Shown: positions 11,257-25,522, counted from the whole stretch's first letter. The stretch: DNA of 62,593 nucleotides, filler included, from Choristocarpus tenellus KU-1152 (GCA_964200185.2; 12 parts of 12 records of this genome joined end to end with filler, not necessarily neighbours in it); one strand, 5' to 3'. Made by a program: numbers and translations. The notes: a model not told the origin generated them from the letters alone.

Positions 11257-14140
11257 CTGTCGTAAATCTGTGCCGTTAAGATGTAGCTCTTCAAGAAGAC
11301 CTCCGATTACAAAACGGATTTTGCGTTGGATTCCTCGGAATATCCATTAAATAACAATCTCTTGTCTTCACTCGGCACTATCAATCCACCAATCCAGTGC
11401 CGTATTTTAGGTGACTCAGTATATTTGATCGCTCTATCCGTCCGCCCTCCCACTGCCTTCTTTGGTTCCTGTGCGTTCTACCTCGAATCAGTTCCCCCCT
11501 AGCGTTCTTACAAACGATTGTAATTCTTATATACACTCTGACACACCCTCTAGAGTGTGTCTGCATTGTATGCATGGAACATGTGTTCAAGTATCCTCCG
11601 GCTCATTTATGGATAGAAGAGATGAATTCAGGAGTATTACCAAATGTTGTAGAGTTGAATTCCCAACTAGAGGGACGACCATACAACCCCAAAACACCAT
11701 GGTTAAATGGGATCAATTCTTACCCGCTATATAATACCATACATTAAAATAAACATGAGTTAACCAACTGATGATTCTTGTATTCTGATGCTGCATATAT
11801 AGTACCAATGATATCCGTTACAGTTGGGAGTCTATATTTGAACATGCCCTTAACCTCTACAAGGTCATGAATGGTGTCGAAATACTCTACCCAAATCCTG
11901 CTCTTCAATGGATAGGAAAAAATCTATATATATCGTTGATATTGAGATCCAACAAATGCACTGGCTGCGTCACAAGCTTAATTTCCCATCCGTCCTCGCT
12001 CCCTACGGTGTGCAGCTTCTGCACCATGACTTCGACTCTATGTGGGGTCGCACCGTGCTCCTCATGTACCACTCCTGGTATCACTCAGCGTTGACAGTGA
12101 CGTCGACCTCGTACTCCTTACGTTCGTGCGCAATTATTTAGTCCTTTACGCGTCCTTCTTAATGCAAACCCATCAGATCCCGATCTTGCCGTCAAAATCA
12201 CGGGAGGATCCAGGTGCGAGACAGTGGTGATATCACTTTGCAAATGTGTCTCTTGTCCTTCACCTTTGTCGATCATACCTTTCCCTCTCTCGGGAACATG
12301 CCCGCCTTCTCTCCATCGCAGATGAGGCAGAACCACGACTCATCAACATGAATCGTGTTGAGGTCAGTCATGTACGTTTTCCGTTGCGGGAGATCTGCTC
12401 GAGGACAAAGTCCACCTGGTCCTTGTAAGGAAAGGAAAGGCTAGGGGTGATACGCCGCTGAACCCTCATTGCTCCCACGGTATGGAGCCAGCCCTGAAGC
12501 CGTGAGCTGCCTACTGTGAGGCCTACTTTAGCGAGTTTGACAGACAGTTGGTCGAGAGTTAGTGGGCAATTACAGGTGTTGATTTCCAGGATCCTCGCTT
12601 GTTTAGTTGCCGTAACGTTCAACGACTGGCCAGATCACACTTATAATTTCAGAGGGACAGTATGCCACTGTCTATATATTCTTTCACGCGCGCCCTCAGC
12701 AGTCTAGGGTATCTCTCTCCCACTCCAAACTGTTCAGCTAATCTAGGCCCCACGCCCCACGGGAACTCCTCGTGACCCAGAGGAAGAGTCGATGTATAAG
12801 CAGAGTAATGCAATCCAACCATCCTCAGTCAGCTCACAGTCCTATCCTTGAGTCGGTGGACTTTGCGCTGGGAATGACGAGCCCTAGGGACTCATCATGG
12901 TTACATGTGTAGTGTATGCGAGTGGACAGGCTCTGTGTTCCCTTGCTGTCGATGGAGAGGGCTGTATTGCACCAGGACCGTTACACAAATAACCTGAATA
13001 TTCCCCATTCTGTGTTCCATTCTTTCGGAACCATCTGAGAACGAAACAATTCAGAGAATTCTTCCAACTCTTGTGTTAACGTACAATATTCCAAGGAATC
13101 CAACACAAGAATCAGTTTTGAAATTGGAGGTGATCTCAAAGAGGTACAACTTGACGGCACAGACATATAGGACAGATGGAGTAGATAATTAATCCCTGTA
13201 AGATCATTTACGTATTGTCGAAATAAAGTGACCCTCAAGGTCTGGTAGCACTGCTCAACACCCCAACATTGGATTTGCTCGCTTAAGCACAGATGCTCTC
13301 TTCTATAATTGGGTTGGTAGCATATACGGGAACGGAAATAGGGTCAGGGTTGTTTTTTTTCAAGCGCTGGACGGTTACATGTTAATCTTGTGATGTTTTC
13401 ATTTCTAACCAGCACTCCAATGTTGGGGTATAGATGTATTTCCACAAAATTTGGTCGTAGGACTCGAGGAATTACCGGAAAAATGACGATTCTTACCTTG
13501 AATTAGGGTGTAACGCTTTCAACAAGCCAAGACCAGGTGACTCTGTGCGCACCTGAAGCTGCAGCTGGTGGCTCACAACGCCTCTTTGTTGATTGTGGAC
13601 TTCATTCTCATGATCAAGGTGTCCACTTCCATCCATCGTCCGTACGTTGATAAATCAATCAAATTTCGTATCAAGTCCAAACTTTCAAGTCGTGTATTCG
13701 TTGGCCAGCCCTTTGCCCATGCTCCCTATAGTCTGTAGCTCACCAGCCATCGTCTCTAATTTATTGCTATTACTAGACTGGACATGTTTCCTATGTCAAG
13801 GGATGTTTCTAAAAATTGTTGTGGTGCCCGATTCACCATAGTTGCAGAGTTAGAATCGTTATTGATGATATTTTTTGTTGTTTCTAGGTTGAAACAGGTT
13901 GTACTGTAACTACTAACTAGTAATAGATAGTGTATCTTTTGGTGTAGACACATTTCTGTAGTGGTGTTGGCTGTGTAGAAGAACAAGAAGAGTCTATCCA
14001 TGATACCATATACAGGGAGGTGTTGACCTATCTTGGACTGTATGTTGCCTACTCGTCAACCAGCAGAGGTTAGAAAACAAGCACTATATTTAGTCTGACA
14101 TCCAACTTATCAACAACTCCTCTAAAGATACGAGAAATAT

Positions 14141-14182
14141 GGCTAAACGTATCTGGGAGGGGGTGGCGGCTGTCCATTTGGG
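14141..14182 (+). mobile_element. Terminus of MITE-like family 2, truncated by contig end
   Basis: GGCTAAACGTATCTGGGAGGGGGTGGCGGCTGTCCATTTGGG matches the reverse complement of 32622-32664. Confidence 0.6.
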
Positions 14183-14339
14183 NNNNNNNNNNNNNNNNNN
14201 NNNNNNNNNNNNNNNNNNNNNNNNNNTTAATTAATTAANNNNNNNNNNNNNNNNNNNNNNNNNNNNNNNNNNNNNNNNNNNNCCCCCCCCCTGCTTGATC
14301 TGTGATCTTTGGGATGTGCTATATCCTTTTTCTTCCCAG

Positions 14340-17300
14340 GTCTCTCCGCAAAAGACTCCTATGGTGGTTGGGAAGCTCCTGGACTTGGACTGCTCGGAAG
14401 ACTTCATCCGCCAGCTATTGAACTCTGTTGGACATGCCTGCCCTGTGGATGAGTTAGTTGAACAGGTACAAATTTTAACTTAATTTGAAAAGTGTGAGAG
14501 TCTTTTCACCGTGTCGATATTATTATTATTATTATTATTGTTATTATTGTGTTTTTGTAAAATCGAATGATTGAATGGTGTGTTCACTGATGGTGTAGGG
14601 AATTGTGAGGGTAGAGGGACGCACACAACGAGGAAACTCTCAAGATGCAACGATTTGATGCAGATCAATGATACAACCAAAATATAAGCTAAAAGAGTTC
14701 AATTTTTGTGGTAATAACATTTTTATTTTTTATTATTATGTCAGGTGGACAAGCGCAACCGCCTTCGACTGCTGCAGCCTTGGCTGGAGGCTATGGTATC
14801 GACAGGTAACACTGAAACGGCCACTCACAATGCTATCGGAAAGATATATGTGACGCTTAACAAGGACCCCAAGACTTTCCTCACCAACAACCACTTCTAC
14901 GACCCTAAGGTGAGGTTTGCTGGTAGTGTTGAAGGCGGTGTCAAGCAGGTAGATTAGAGTTTAGAGTTAGGATTTGTAGTTGCAGGGGTTGATGGAGTGC
15001 ATATGGTTTTGTTTTGTTAGTATTTGAGTGTCTTTTTTTACCTTTTTGTCTTAGAGTTAGGGTTAGGGTTAGGGTTGGTTGTGGCTGTGACGGTGTTTGG
15101 TTTGTGGTGCTATGGGGCTGTTTTGACACTCTTGGAGATGGCGTGCTGATGTTAGGGCTTGATTAGCATTTCACTCCAGGGGGTAGTGTGTTGTAAAGGG
15201 TTCAATGTTACATATACAGGGGCTTTGTGTTTTTTGTAAGGTCAAGTGGTTGAAGTTGCAGTGAGTGATGGTTGACTATTGATTGGTCTATATGTGGGGA
15301 CTTGTTTGGAGATAGGTTGAGGAGTTGTGCAGATTAATGTGTTTTTGTTGGATTTGATTTAAGTTAGTATGTTAGCTTGACGTGTACACATACTTCCATT
15401 TTTTTTTTTGTAATAAATTATTCACGTGCTGTACCCTTGTAGAGCTCATGAACAATATCGACACTTTTGAGTACATTCATCTTCATGCTGTATTCCTTCC
15501 CTTTTTGATGTTCCAACAACGAAGGCATTAATTTGATTAGGTGCGTTTGAATTATCTTCCTTTTTTTCTGTGTTTACAGTCACTGTCTATTGCTCACCGT
15601 CCTTGATGAATTTTAATGAACTCTTCTTAGGTTCTGGGAAGGTACTGTGAGAAGCTGGACCCGTCCCTTGCTTTCATTGCCTACAAGAGGGCTGGGGGTA
15701 ACTGTGATGATGACCTAATGCGAGTCACTAGTGAGAATGGTCTGTACAAGGACCAGGCTAGGTACCTGGTTGAGAAGCAGGATTTGGACCTCTGGGCCAA
15801 GGTACGAAGTTTGAATATGTGGTGCTTTTTTTGCTTTATCTGTGTGGAATAGAAATGATACACATTTCAGGTTTGGAGATGATGGGAGAGTGTTAGGCTA
15901 TGTCCTTGTGAATTGTTAAATTGTTAGTTGCCCTTGGTACTGTGATGAAATTGAGGGATGAGGGGATGGTGATTTTGTATTCATTTGTGGTATGGTGGAA
16001 TTGGGATGAAGTGTATTTTTCTTTTTCTTTGCTGGTGACTATTCGTAGATGTACCCTACCCCCGCTCCCCCCCACCCACCCCCCCCCTCCCCTCCCTTCT
16101 CTTGTCTTCCTTCCTTTTCTGGTGAGTGGTTGCTGNNNNNNNNNNTTTCTTTGCTGGAAACTATTTGTCTATGTACCCTCCCCCCCCCCCCCTCCCCCCC
16201 CCATCTTTTTTTAATGATCTATGTGTGGTACTGTGTTGGGAGGAAAAGGGATGGTTTGGCACAAATTTGGTTGTGAGCCATGTTAGTGTTTTTTGTAGGT
16301 AAGGTGTGTGGACACTCTGTATAGGAGTATGTTTTTGATGCAAGGATGGTGATGGTATGGATATGTCTGGTATGAACAAAGACGTTTCAAGTATTGTCTC
16401 ACTAAGGTTGTGTTACTGAGAGACTGGCGGGGCTGGTAGCATGTTGTAGCATGTTGGTGTGCTTTTTGCGGTGTTCTGGTGTAGATGAGTCAAATACCCC
16501 AACTGTAACAATAATAGTAATGATAATAATCATAATAGAAATAATAGTGTAGGTTCGTGGTGTCAGGATTGAGGAGTAGGGAAGTTTTTTGAAAGATCAA
16601 TGGATGGATGCATTTGATTGGCTCATCCTCATGAAATGCGCCGATCATTCTGGTTTGAAAGTTTTTTTTTTTGAGTCAGTGATCTTACCTAACCCTATTA
16701 GCCCTATTATAAGTATTGATATTACTGTACGTATGTTCTACTGTATGAGTATGGTGCAAACGATGATGGTATGTAGTTAATGATATCTGTTACTTCTGTG
16801 AACTTGGAGAAAAAAGAGATACTTTGAATGCGTGCTTACTGACCCAATTCTCCTGTATTTATTTATCTTTTTGTTTTGGTGTCACTACCCCTAACCCTAT
16901 TATTTTAATAGGTCCTCACCAAGCCAGAGGGGGAAACACAGGAGCCCATATCACGCCGTGCTTTGATTGACCAGGCAAGATTTCTGGGAATGGGGGAGGG
17001 AAAGGAAGTAACGTAGTGATGTAACATAGTGATGTAACATAGTGATACGACTGTGGTAGGAAAGGATCTGGGTATGTTCAGTGGGTACATTGTTTGGGTC
17101 CTTGCACCCTAATGCGAAGTCTTCAAGCAAGTGTAGAGCAGACGGTGGATTTGATCTGGGGTGGTGGTAGCATGTTTTGTGTGAGTTTGAGTGGAGGTTC
17201 TGTGGTGAGCGTTTTTCTTGGTGAGGGGGTCAAGGATGGATGCTTGTGAGAAGGGTAGTGTTTCTTGTAGAGTAGGAGTTTGGTGCTGTCTTTGAGTGGA

Positions 17301-17464
17301 AGTATGTTTACCTCTGAATGCTCTTCCATAGCCGTTTGTATTGTATGCTACTGTGTGTTCAGTCTCCATACAGATACACTCCGATATTTTACTTGTTCAT
17401 TATAACTTAACTCAGAGTATTGTGCTATTGTGCTTTATGTTACGGTGGGCGCTTTCCTCACCTC

Positions 17465-17498
<34 letters not shown>

Positions 17499-19954
17499 TT
17501 TTCTTTTTTTTTTTTTTTTTTTTTTGTTTTTTTTTCTTTCTCTTTTTTTTTTTTTTTTCGGGTGGGTCTTTTTTTCCCCCCCCCCCCCCCCCCCCCCCAC
17601 GCAATATTTTGTAAATCTTAGTTTACTTTGACTTTGTCGGCTAATTGTCCCTCATTGATTTTTTTTTCTTAAAACAAACGAGAAGGTGGTGCAAACTGCC
17701 CTTCCTGAGACCAAGAACGCTGATGAGGTTTCCACCACAGTGAAGGCATTCATGAATGCTGACATGCCACAGGAGCTGATTGAGCTGCTTGAGCGTATTG
17801 TACTTCAGGTGAAGAGTGTGTGTATCAATATATATACACACATACAGATGTACGTATGAGTTCAAGACTGTTAAGTTTGAACATGACACTACGGGGAAGG
17901 AAGTGGTGGGTTTGTCTCTTTACGGTGAGGGACTAGTTGTTTTTGATGACTAGTTGTTTTTGATGGTCTGCCAAGAAAGTCATCAATACCTGTTGGGGTT
18001 TTGTTTACGTAGTATGTGTGTGTAGGATATATTGTATGCCATCTTACAGCATTTATTTGTTTTATGTCACTCTCTGTTTGAGAGGTTTGTTCCAGGCGTT
18101 TTTGTTGATTTTTTTTCTTTTTATTGCAAAAAAGAAAAAACCCAATATATATATATTTTTTAAATCCTGCCTTTGTATCGTGTTTGTGTTGTGTTGCAGG
18201 GTTCCGACTTCTCCGAGAACAAGAACCTCCAGAACTTGCTCATCTTAACAGCCATCAAGGCGGACAAGGAGAAAGTCATGGAGTATGTCAATAGACTTGA
18301 CAACTTCGATGGACCTGAGATTGCCAAGATTGCTGCGTCAGAGCAGGTTAGGTGGCTACTGAGCCTTGTTTTTGGCCCTGTAGCCTTGTGTAGATTTTAG
18401 CCAACACTTGAAGTTTTTTGGATGGGGTTGTACTTTGTACAGGACAATAATTTCTGTATATTTTTGCCATTTATGGGTCCCTTTTGTGTGTTTATTGATA
18501 TTTTTCTTTTATGTTTTTTGTTTTATTTGGAAGGATTTGCTTCTGTCAAGGGAGTTGATCACACATGAAAATCTTTTTAAATTTTGAGTTAATTTTTTTT
18601 TTTACTGCCGATATTAGTGTGTCGATAAAGAAAAAATGTTGCTTGTTGTAGTCTGTGGAGGTTAAATCCTTTCCTATATAAGACAGAAAACGTGTGTTTG
18701 AATGATGGCAATCAAATGGAATATTACTTAATTAGCCCACTGTGGATTCCCTCACTGATTCACCAATGCATATATTGCACTAGAATTCTGATAGAACTGT
18801 GCCCACAATGTTCACACCTTATGTAATGTAATGTGCTGTAATGCCCTGTTGACATGTTAGTATGAGCTGTATGAGGAGGCGTTTTTGATCTACACCAAAT
18901 GTGGTAAGAAGGTGGAGGGAGAGGAGAAGACCGCCATGCATGTCTGTGCAGCTGAGGTATGTATATGTCTTTGTGGATGTATATAGAGAGAGATGCACTC
19001 ACTTTGTGTTTGCATAGCAATGACAGGCTGAAGTGGTTGGCTGCTGCATGCATTGTATGTAGAGATTGAAGTGAACAGAGTGCCTTGAGGCATCCCTGGC
19101 TGTAGTGCATGATGTATTAACAGTTCGGTTTGGTTCGGTTTTGTAGTAAAAATGTTCACACTGCTCCTGTATTTTTTAATTTATTTTTTTGATAAAGACA
19201 TGCTTGTTGGTGGCAATATTTTTTTTAGAGAATTAGGTGCTTTTGGAGTGCATTATATTCTTTTAACTGGTTCTTGAGCCGAGTCAGGTGAGGTGTCCAC
19301 GCTGTGAGAAAGGGTTACGGTGTATGCACTACTTCAAGGGTGTATAATGATAATAATAAAATAGACTTCTTCTGTATTTTTGTTGTTGTTGTTGAAGTGG
19401 TAGTGGATCGTCTCAAGGGTGTTTTTGGACTGTGATAGGTCGGCAATTGTACCGTGTGGTACGTACTTGTGTATATACTGATGGTTTTATACAAGCTGCA
19501 GTTTGAGAGGCGTTTCAAGGAGAATAGTGAACGTGAGCATATGCATGAGATTGTCGGTAGAGAGCTGTGGTGAAATATGCCATGTTAGCCTGCACAGCAA
19601 AAGGGGAATGTTGTGTTTTGTTTTGTAACACAATTTATTGTTTCCTTTTTTTAATTCTTTTGTCTCTTTTATTCCAGGTCCTGGTAGACCACCTCAAGGC
19701 GTTGGACCGGGCGAAGGACTTTGCCGAACGGGTTCAGGACAAGGCTGTGTGGAGTAAGGTTGCCAAGGCACAGCTGGACGAGGATATGTGTGTGGAGGCA
19801 ATTGCGTCTTACATCAAGGCTGAGGATCCAACCTACTACACTGAGGTAGCTGGAATGTTACATTCTTGTTGGGTTCACTATTATTTACTGTTGGTGCATT
19901 TACTACCAACAGTGATTCATGGATATGTGAACATTTGTATCATTACACACACAG

Positions 19955-19991
<37 letters not shown>

Positions 19992-22475
19992 AATTTAGAG
20001 TAGTAAGCGATACGTTGGAGTCAGTCACTTGTCTATGTGAGTGAAGTATGTAAGGTGTGTATATATGTTGGACCGTAGGTAATTATGTGGATGGGGTTGG
20101 GGGTAGTTGGTTGTAAGGCCCATTTGTTCTGTGTTCCATTGCCTGCTTTCTCAGTGCATATTTACCGTTTGAAATTTTTACCCCCTACGAGAAGATTCGG
20201 ACAGGTTGGAAGGAGAAGTGTTGGAGAGTGTTCTTTATTGTGTGTGTGTGTGTTGATGTTCCCGTATTTTAACTCTGTTGTTTAAAGATCCTTTCTTCTT
20301 GATTGCCTCCTCACTTGACTGCCCTCTTGTGGATGGCGTAGGTGATTGAGGCTGCTGAGCGGGATGGTGCGTTTGAACAGTTGGTGGCGTATCTGCGCAT
20401 GGCTCGGTCTGAGGTGAAGGAGGCTATCATTGAGAACGAGCTGATCTATTCCTTGGCTAAGACAAATGCCCTGGGCGATCTTGAGGAGCTCATTGCTGCG
20501 CCGAACATGGCGAACATCGAGGTGAAGACGGGAGGATACTGTAGATTGGTCAGGACGATAGGATGGAGCTTTTGGTTGTTGGAAGGATTGATTGGTTAGG
20601 GTTTGAGCATTGATTTGTGGGTGAGTTAGGAAGGAAGATTCTATGTTCGTTTGGGGTTGCTGTTTGGAGTTTTGGAAGGGGAGGTGGGGGAAGGGGGTGA
20701 TACAAATTGGCATTGATGGATTATTGACATTGTTGACATTATTGACACTTGGTGCGGTCTTCCATGTTTTTCTATCTTGGAAGAGAGAGGAAGATTTGGT
20801 GTACCTTTTGAGCTTGTTTTAGGTGCTGTTGTGGTTGTTTTGTGGTCAGTATTGATGTAATTTCTATGTATGGTGAAGGCGTTGTGAGATTGTTCGTTGA
20901 TAGATGTTTTGCGTGCTAGTACTCTTTCCGTGACGGATTTTGATTGGTTCATACCATAATGGGTTTTTCATCTGCATTGTGTTCAATCAGCCAATACGAA
21001 TGGATCTGTCAAATGTAAGACTGGTGATTGGTCTGTGCAAATGGATCGATCAAACCCATTGGCAGTGGTTTCTTGATGGTAATGGAAAAACATTCCGTTA
21101 ATTTTTTGATGAGTGAAATGAGTTTCTATTGGTATCCACCTTTTTTATAGGGCATTGGAGAGAGATGCTTTGATGAGGGCATGTATGAGGCGGCTCGTAT
21201 TCTTTTCAAGAACATCAACAACAACGCCAAGCTGGCACTGTGCTTTGTGCACCTGGGGCAGTACAGGGAGGCTGTCGAAGCAGCTACCAAGGCCAATGCT
21301 GTCAATACATGGAAGCAGGTCAGTGTGGACGTCTGAGTCTCTGCCCGTGCGTTTCGTGTCTCTGGTGGTGCCACAGGACCGTCATGCCACAGGACTTCTG
21401 TTTGAAAATGTTTCAAGGTTGAGGTTGTGTGAATGTTTTGTTCCCATTGTATGTACCTTTCATAGTCAGGAACATTATTGTCACATGTGTTCTTTGAGCA
21501 AGGTTGTGAAAGCTTGGGCTATACGGGTTTCTGTTTTCAAATTATATATTTTTTTGTGGTGTGAAAGAGAGTTGTTATCGTAGTGTTTGAGGACGTGTTT
21601 ATCTCCTGTGCTATGTCGTGTTTATCTCCTGTGCTATGACGTGTTTATCTCTTGTGCTATGACGTGTTTATCTCATGTGCTATGACGGTAGTGTCTGTGA
21701 CCTTTCATCTATTATGTTTCTTTATTTGTTGCCAGGTGTGCTATGCCTGCGTGAGGGCAGAGGAGTTCAGACTGGCAGGTATCTGTGGCCTGCATATTCT
21801 CAAGCACCCTGACCATGTGGAGGAGCTCATTCAACACTACGAGCGAGCTGGACACCCCACAGAGCTCATCCAGCTCATGGAGCAGGTATATGGGATGTTT
21901 CAAGCATGGGGAAGTAATGGAGTGTATTGTAGTTAAGGGATCTGTTGGTTTTAAATGGTCTGGCTATGCTTCTGGTTCTCATTTTTTTTATTTTTTATGT
22001 ATCTGTTTTGATCAACTTGATTTCTAGGATGGCATGAAATGTTTTCTGTTCTTGATGTTCATTGTGGTGCAGGATTGTATTGTTGGATTGGTAGTATCTA
22101 GAGATGTGTTTGGAATGGAGTATGTCTGTATGAAACTTGCTACTGGTTGGGATGATTGATATGAGGAATAACACCAAGAGTTGAGAGTGTTCTTGTTTTG
22201 GTGAACAGACACACATTGCATGGTGTGTGTTGTGCAGGGATTGGGTTTGGAAGAGGCTCACTCCGGGGTGTTCACAGAACTGGCTGTACTGTACACAAAG
22301 TATGTGCCAGAGAAGCTTATGGACCACATCAAGATCTTCTGGAACAGGTGCAATGTAACCAAGGTGAGACAAGCAAGTTAGTGGGAGGGGGGGGGGGGGG
22401 GGGGGGGGGAGAGGGAAAGAGGAGGTGGTTGGTGGGTCTTATGTTGGGTGTAAGGATAAANNNNNGAGGGGGGGG

Positions 22476-22531
<56 letters not shown>

Positions 22532-25011
22532 GGGCTGCTAAGTGCAAAGAGATGTCGCTTTGTAGCTCTAATTATGTGTACTAGGTATCAGTCAACGCAA
22601 TATGAAGTGTTGATAACTGCATCTACGTAAGCATATGTTTGTTGGAGGTATTTATACCTGTGTTTCATGGTTTCAAGCAGCAAGCTTTGAATTTATGCAA
22701 CATCTCTTGTTTTGTGGCAAGGTGGGCAAGTAATGGTTCATCCTTAGCTACGGTCTTCCTCTTGCCCCTGGCCCCGTCATTGATGAACCCTGGTTGGTTG
22801 GTGTGTCTTACAGGTTCTTCGTGCCTGCGACAGGGCTCTCCTGTGGGAAGAGGCGGTGTTCTTGTACAAGGAGGATGGCCAGTTTGACTCGGCAGTGAAG
22901 ACCATGATTGACCACTGTGTCTGCTTCAATCACGATCTGTTCCTAGAATGTGTACAGAAGGTTCGGAATCAGGTACGAGAGGTGGACACGCCTGCCAGGG
23001 TTAATGCTGTACAATCTGTAGAGGGGGTTGAATTGAGCGGCAGCGGAGTTCACATTGATGTTGTTTGGGGATAGGGGAGCATGTAGTGTTTGGTACTACA
23101 TCATACTTCATTTTGTGCTCCAGGAGAGGTTGCATGCATATCTTTTAGCGAGGTATTGAAGGTGTGTAACTCTATGCATATTGCTTATGGACAGAATTGT
23201 GGGTAACATTAGTGGTTTTGCCCTAAGGGGTTGGTATTTGATGACATTATGCTCCCCATGTGCTGTCTTTCCAAACGGTACTATTGGGGTATAATTGCTT
23301 GCATTTTTGACCTTAGAACAAGTAGTGTGTTCTTCTCTAATACTTGATCAACGTGTAGTGCCTGATATGTTTGGTTAAGGTCCACCCAATGCAACAGGTC
23401 AAGCCACTATGAATAATGTTTAGATCATATTTTACCATATAATGTTGAGATTGCTGCTGTAATTCCATGCGGGGGTTTCTTTTTTCATCTGAGGCAGAGG
23501 GTTGCATGTAGGGGTGCATAAATAAATGTACATGTGAGGGCTTTATTTTTTTTGTTGTATTTTATACTGCCCTGTTTAAAACTTGCATGGATATGGAATG
23601 ATTGCCCTGTAATAGAATCTCCTATAGGGTCAGATCTGTATTGCAAGGGTTGGTGTTTTGTGATGTCTCTTTGCTGGACTGAATTGGTGTAGCAGATGGA
23701 CCAATAAGGGCTTCCTAAGTAGTAGTTGGTTCATGCTTTTTTGTGTTCCCCCTGATAGTTGATAGTGTTCTACTTGGTGATTGGCTTGAATACTATCCTT
23801 CCTAAGGCACAGTTCTATTTTGTGCTTTTTGTGTTTCAGGAGGTGTATTACAAGGCGATTGCCTTCTATCTGGAGCAGCACCCTCTGAGCTTGGTGAAGC
23901 TCCTTCAGGTCTTGACCCCCAATCTGGATCACTCCAGAGTAGTGCATCAGCTCCGGAAGGCAGAAAACCTGCCCCTTGCCATGGACTACCTCAAGAGCGT
24001 CCAGAAGGTTAGGCACAGTTGATGCTGTTGCTGGGTGGTAATGTATCCATAAACACGGCAATTGTCCTGTAGCTGAGGTATGAAATGTTCATTTAACTGC
24101 TGCGTCATGCATGATTGCTAATTGACTAGTACTGTCCAACATGTTGTGTGCCTCGGGTGCAGCAGTCATGGTGGTATGCTTGCTTGATGTGGTGGCTGTA
24201 TTTCAATGTGTTCCGTGTTACATAATGTCGTAAAGTCTTAAGACAAATGCCTATTTTATCACATATTATTGTGTTGATAGTTGGTGATGCTGTTACATAG
24301 TACAGTCAAGGTGCTGTATTCTCAAGGCACTGAGTGCCACCTTGAACTTGGCCTTTCTTTTTATGTTTTTGTTTTTGGGGAGGTCTGCTTTGAGAAAGCT
24401 GGTGTGGACATCAGTGTGATGCATTGGCGTACAGTACAATATGTAGCAGGTGTTACGGGACTTGTTACGGGACTTGAGGACATGCTCCTACCGCTATAAC
24501 TGAATGACATTGGTGTATGCAACTGAAAGACACGTGGAGTACAGTAGCAATAAAATTGTTGGAGTTAGGGTTAGGGTTAGGGTTAGGGTTTAAGGAACAG
24601 TATCGCACAGGTGTAAAGTTTCTCGTTGGTAGTGCAGTGTGCAGCACTGGTATCCATTTTTACCTTTTTTTTTGTTACAACTCTGGTGATGTGATAGAGA
24701 GGCATGATTTATCACTTAAGCGGCAACTCATAAAAGTTTTGTTCTCCAGGTGGGATCTGTCTGCTGGGACCAGTGTTGTGCAATTTCTTGTACCCCCTCA
24801 TGGAAATGTACTGTAATGTACTGTACTGAACCCTCATTGTAAATGGGATTCCTTCTGTTTGTTTTGGGTTCTGGCTCCTCTCATTTGTTGGGACTGATTT
24901 CACCAGGAAAATGCTGCCGCTGTCAATGAGGCACTGAATGAGCTTCATGTTGAAGATGAGGACCATGACAGGCTGCGGGAATCTGTGGATGACTACGACA
25001 ACTTTGACCAG
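14340..25011 (+). CDS. CHC: Clathrin heavy chain, 15 internal exons (partial at both ends)
   Basis: Exons 14340-14465, 14745-14909, 15631-15801, 16912-16974, 17686-17808, 18200-18346, 18861-18956, 19678-19845, 20342-20521, 21151-21318, 21736-21885, 22238-22363, 22814-22972, 23840-24007 and 24907-25011 splice into a continuous peptide. It contains [84 protein letters not shown] and [15 protein letters not shown]. Confidence 0.97.
15051..15076 (+). repeat. Interstitial telomeric-type repeat (TTAGAG)(TTAGGG)3TT in a clathrin intron
   Basis: Read directly from the sequence. Confidence 0.85.
21592..21687 (+). repeat. 23-bp tandem repeat x4 (GACGTGTTTATCTCCTGTGCTAT) in a clathrin intron
   Basis: Four units starting at 21592, 21615, 21638 and 21661, each with at most 1 mismatch. 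Confidence 0.9.
24565..24588 (+). repeat. Interstitial telomeric-type repeat (TTAGGG)4 in a clathrin intron
   Basis: Read directly from the sequence. Confidence 0.9.
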
Positions 25012-25481
25012 GTACTGGACTCGAAAGGATGCTGTAGATAATTGCACATGATCCTACATTGTACAAGGGAGTAAACATGTCTCTTTTGGCAATGTACCCA
25101 AGGTAGCGATTTTGTGTACACTGGAGTTCTTGATGTATCTCCATTTCGTTCATACTATGTATTAGTCAACTTTTGTCCCATCTAATGGAAGTTGGGATGT
25201 AATTGGGATGTGGCACTTCAGCTGGCTTCAGTACCCCTCTATTTTGTCTTACCGTAGACGGTCCTGCAAACTCTAGATTGCGAACGCAGAGGTGTCGAGT
25301 TCACGTTAATACCCTCCCAGTCTTTAGGCTTGCGTCAATGCCTGTTCGTTGGGAGTAAGCTTAGTGGACATTGCCCTGTATCCACTCTACACAAGCTTAA
25401 GAGTTACAACAATAAATCCATCCAAGAGTCTGTTGTGATAATGTGAAGTCACTCAAGCTGCCTGCACTGATCAGTTCTATT

Positions 25482-25522
<41 letters not shown>

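Noticed and set aside
11860-13760. Coding-like fragments on both strands (e.g. KLILVLDSLEY, reminiscent of a Walker B motif)
   Set aside because: Short, stop-interrupted, with no Walker A or family context; cannot be assigned.
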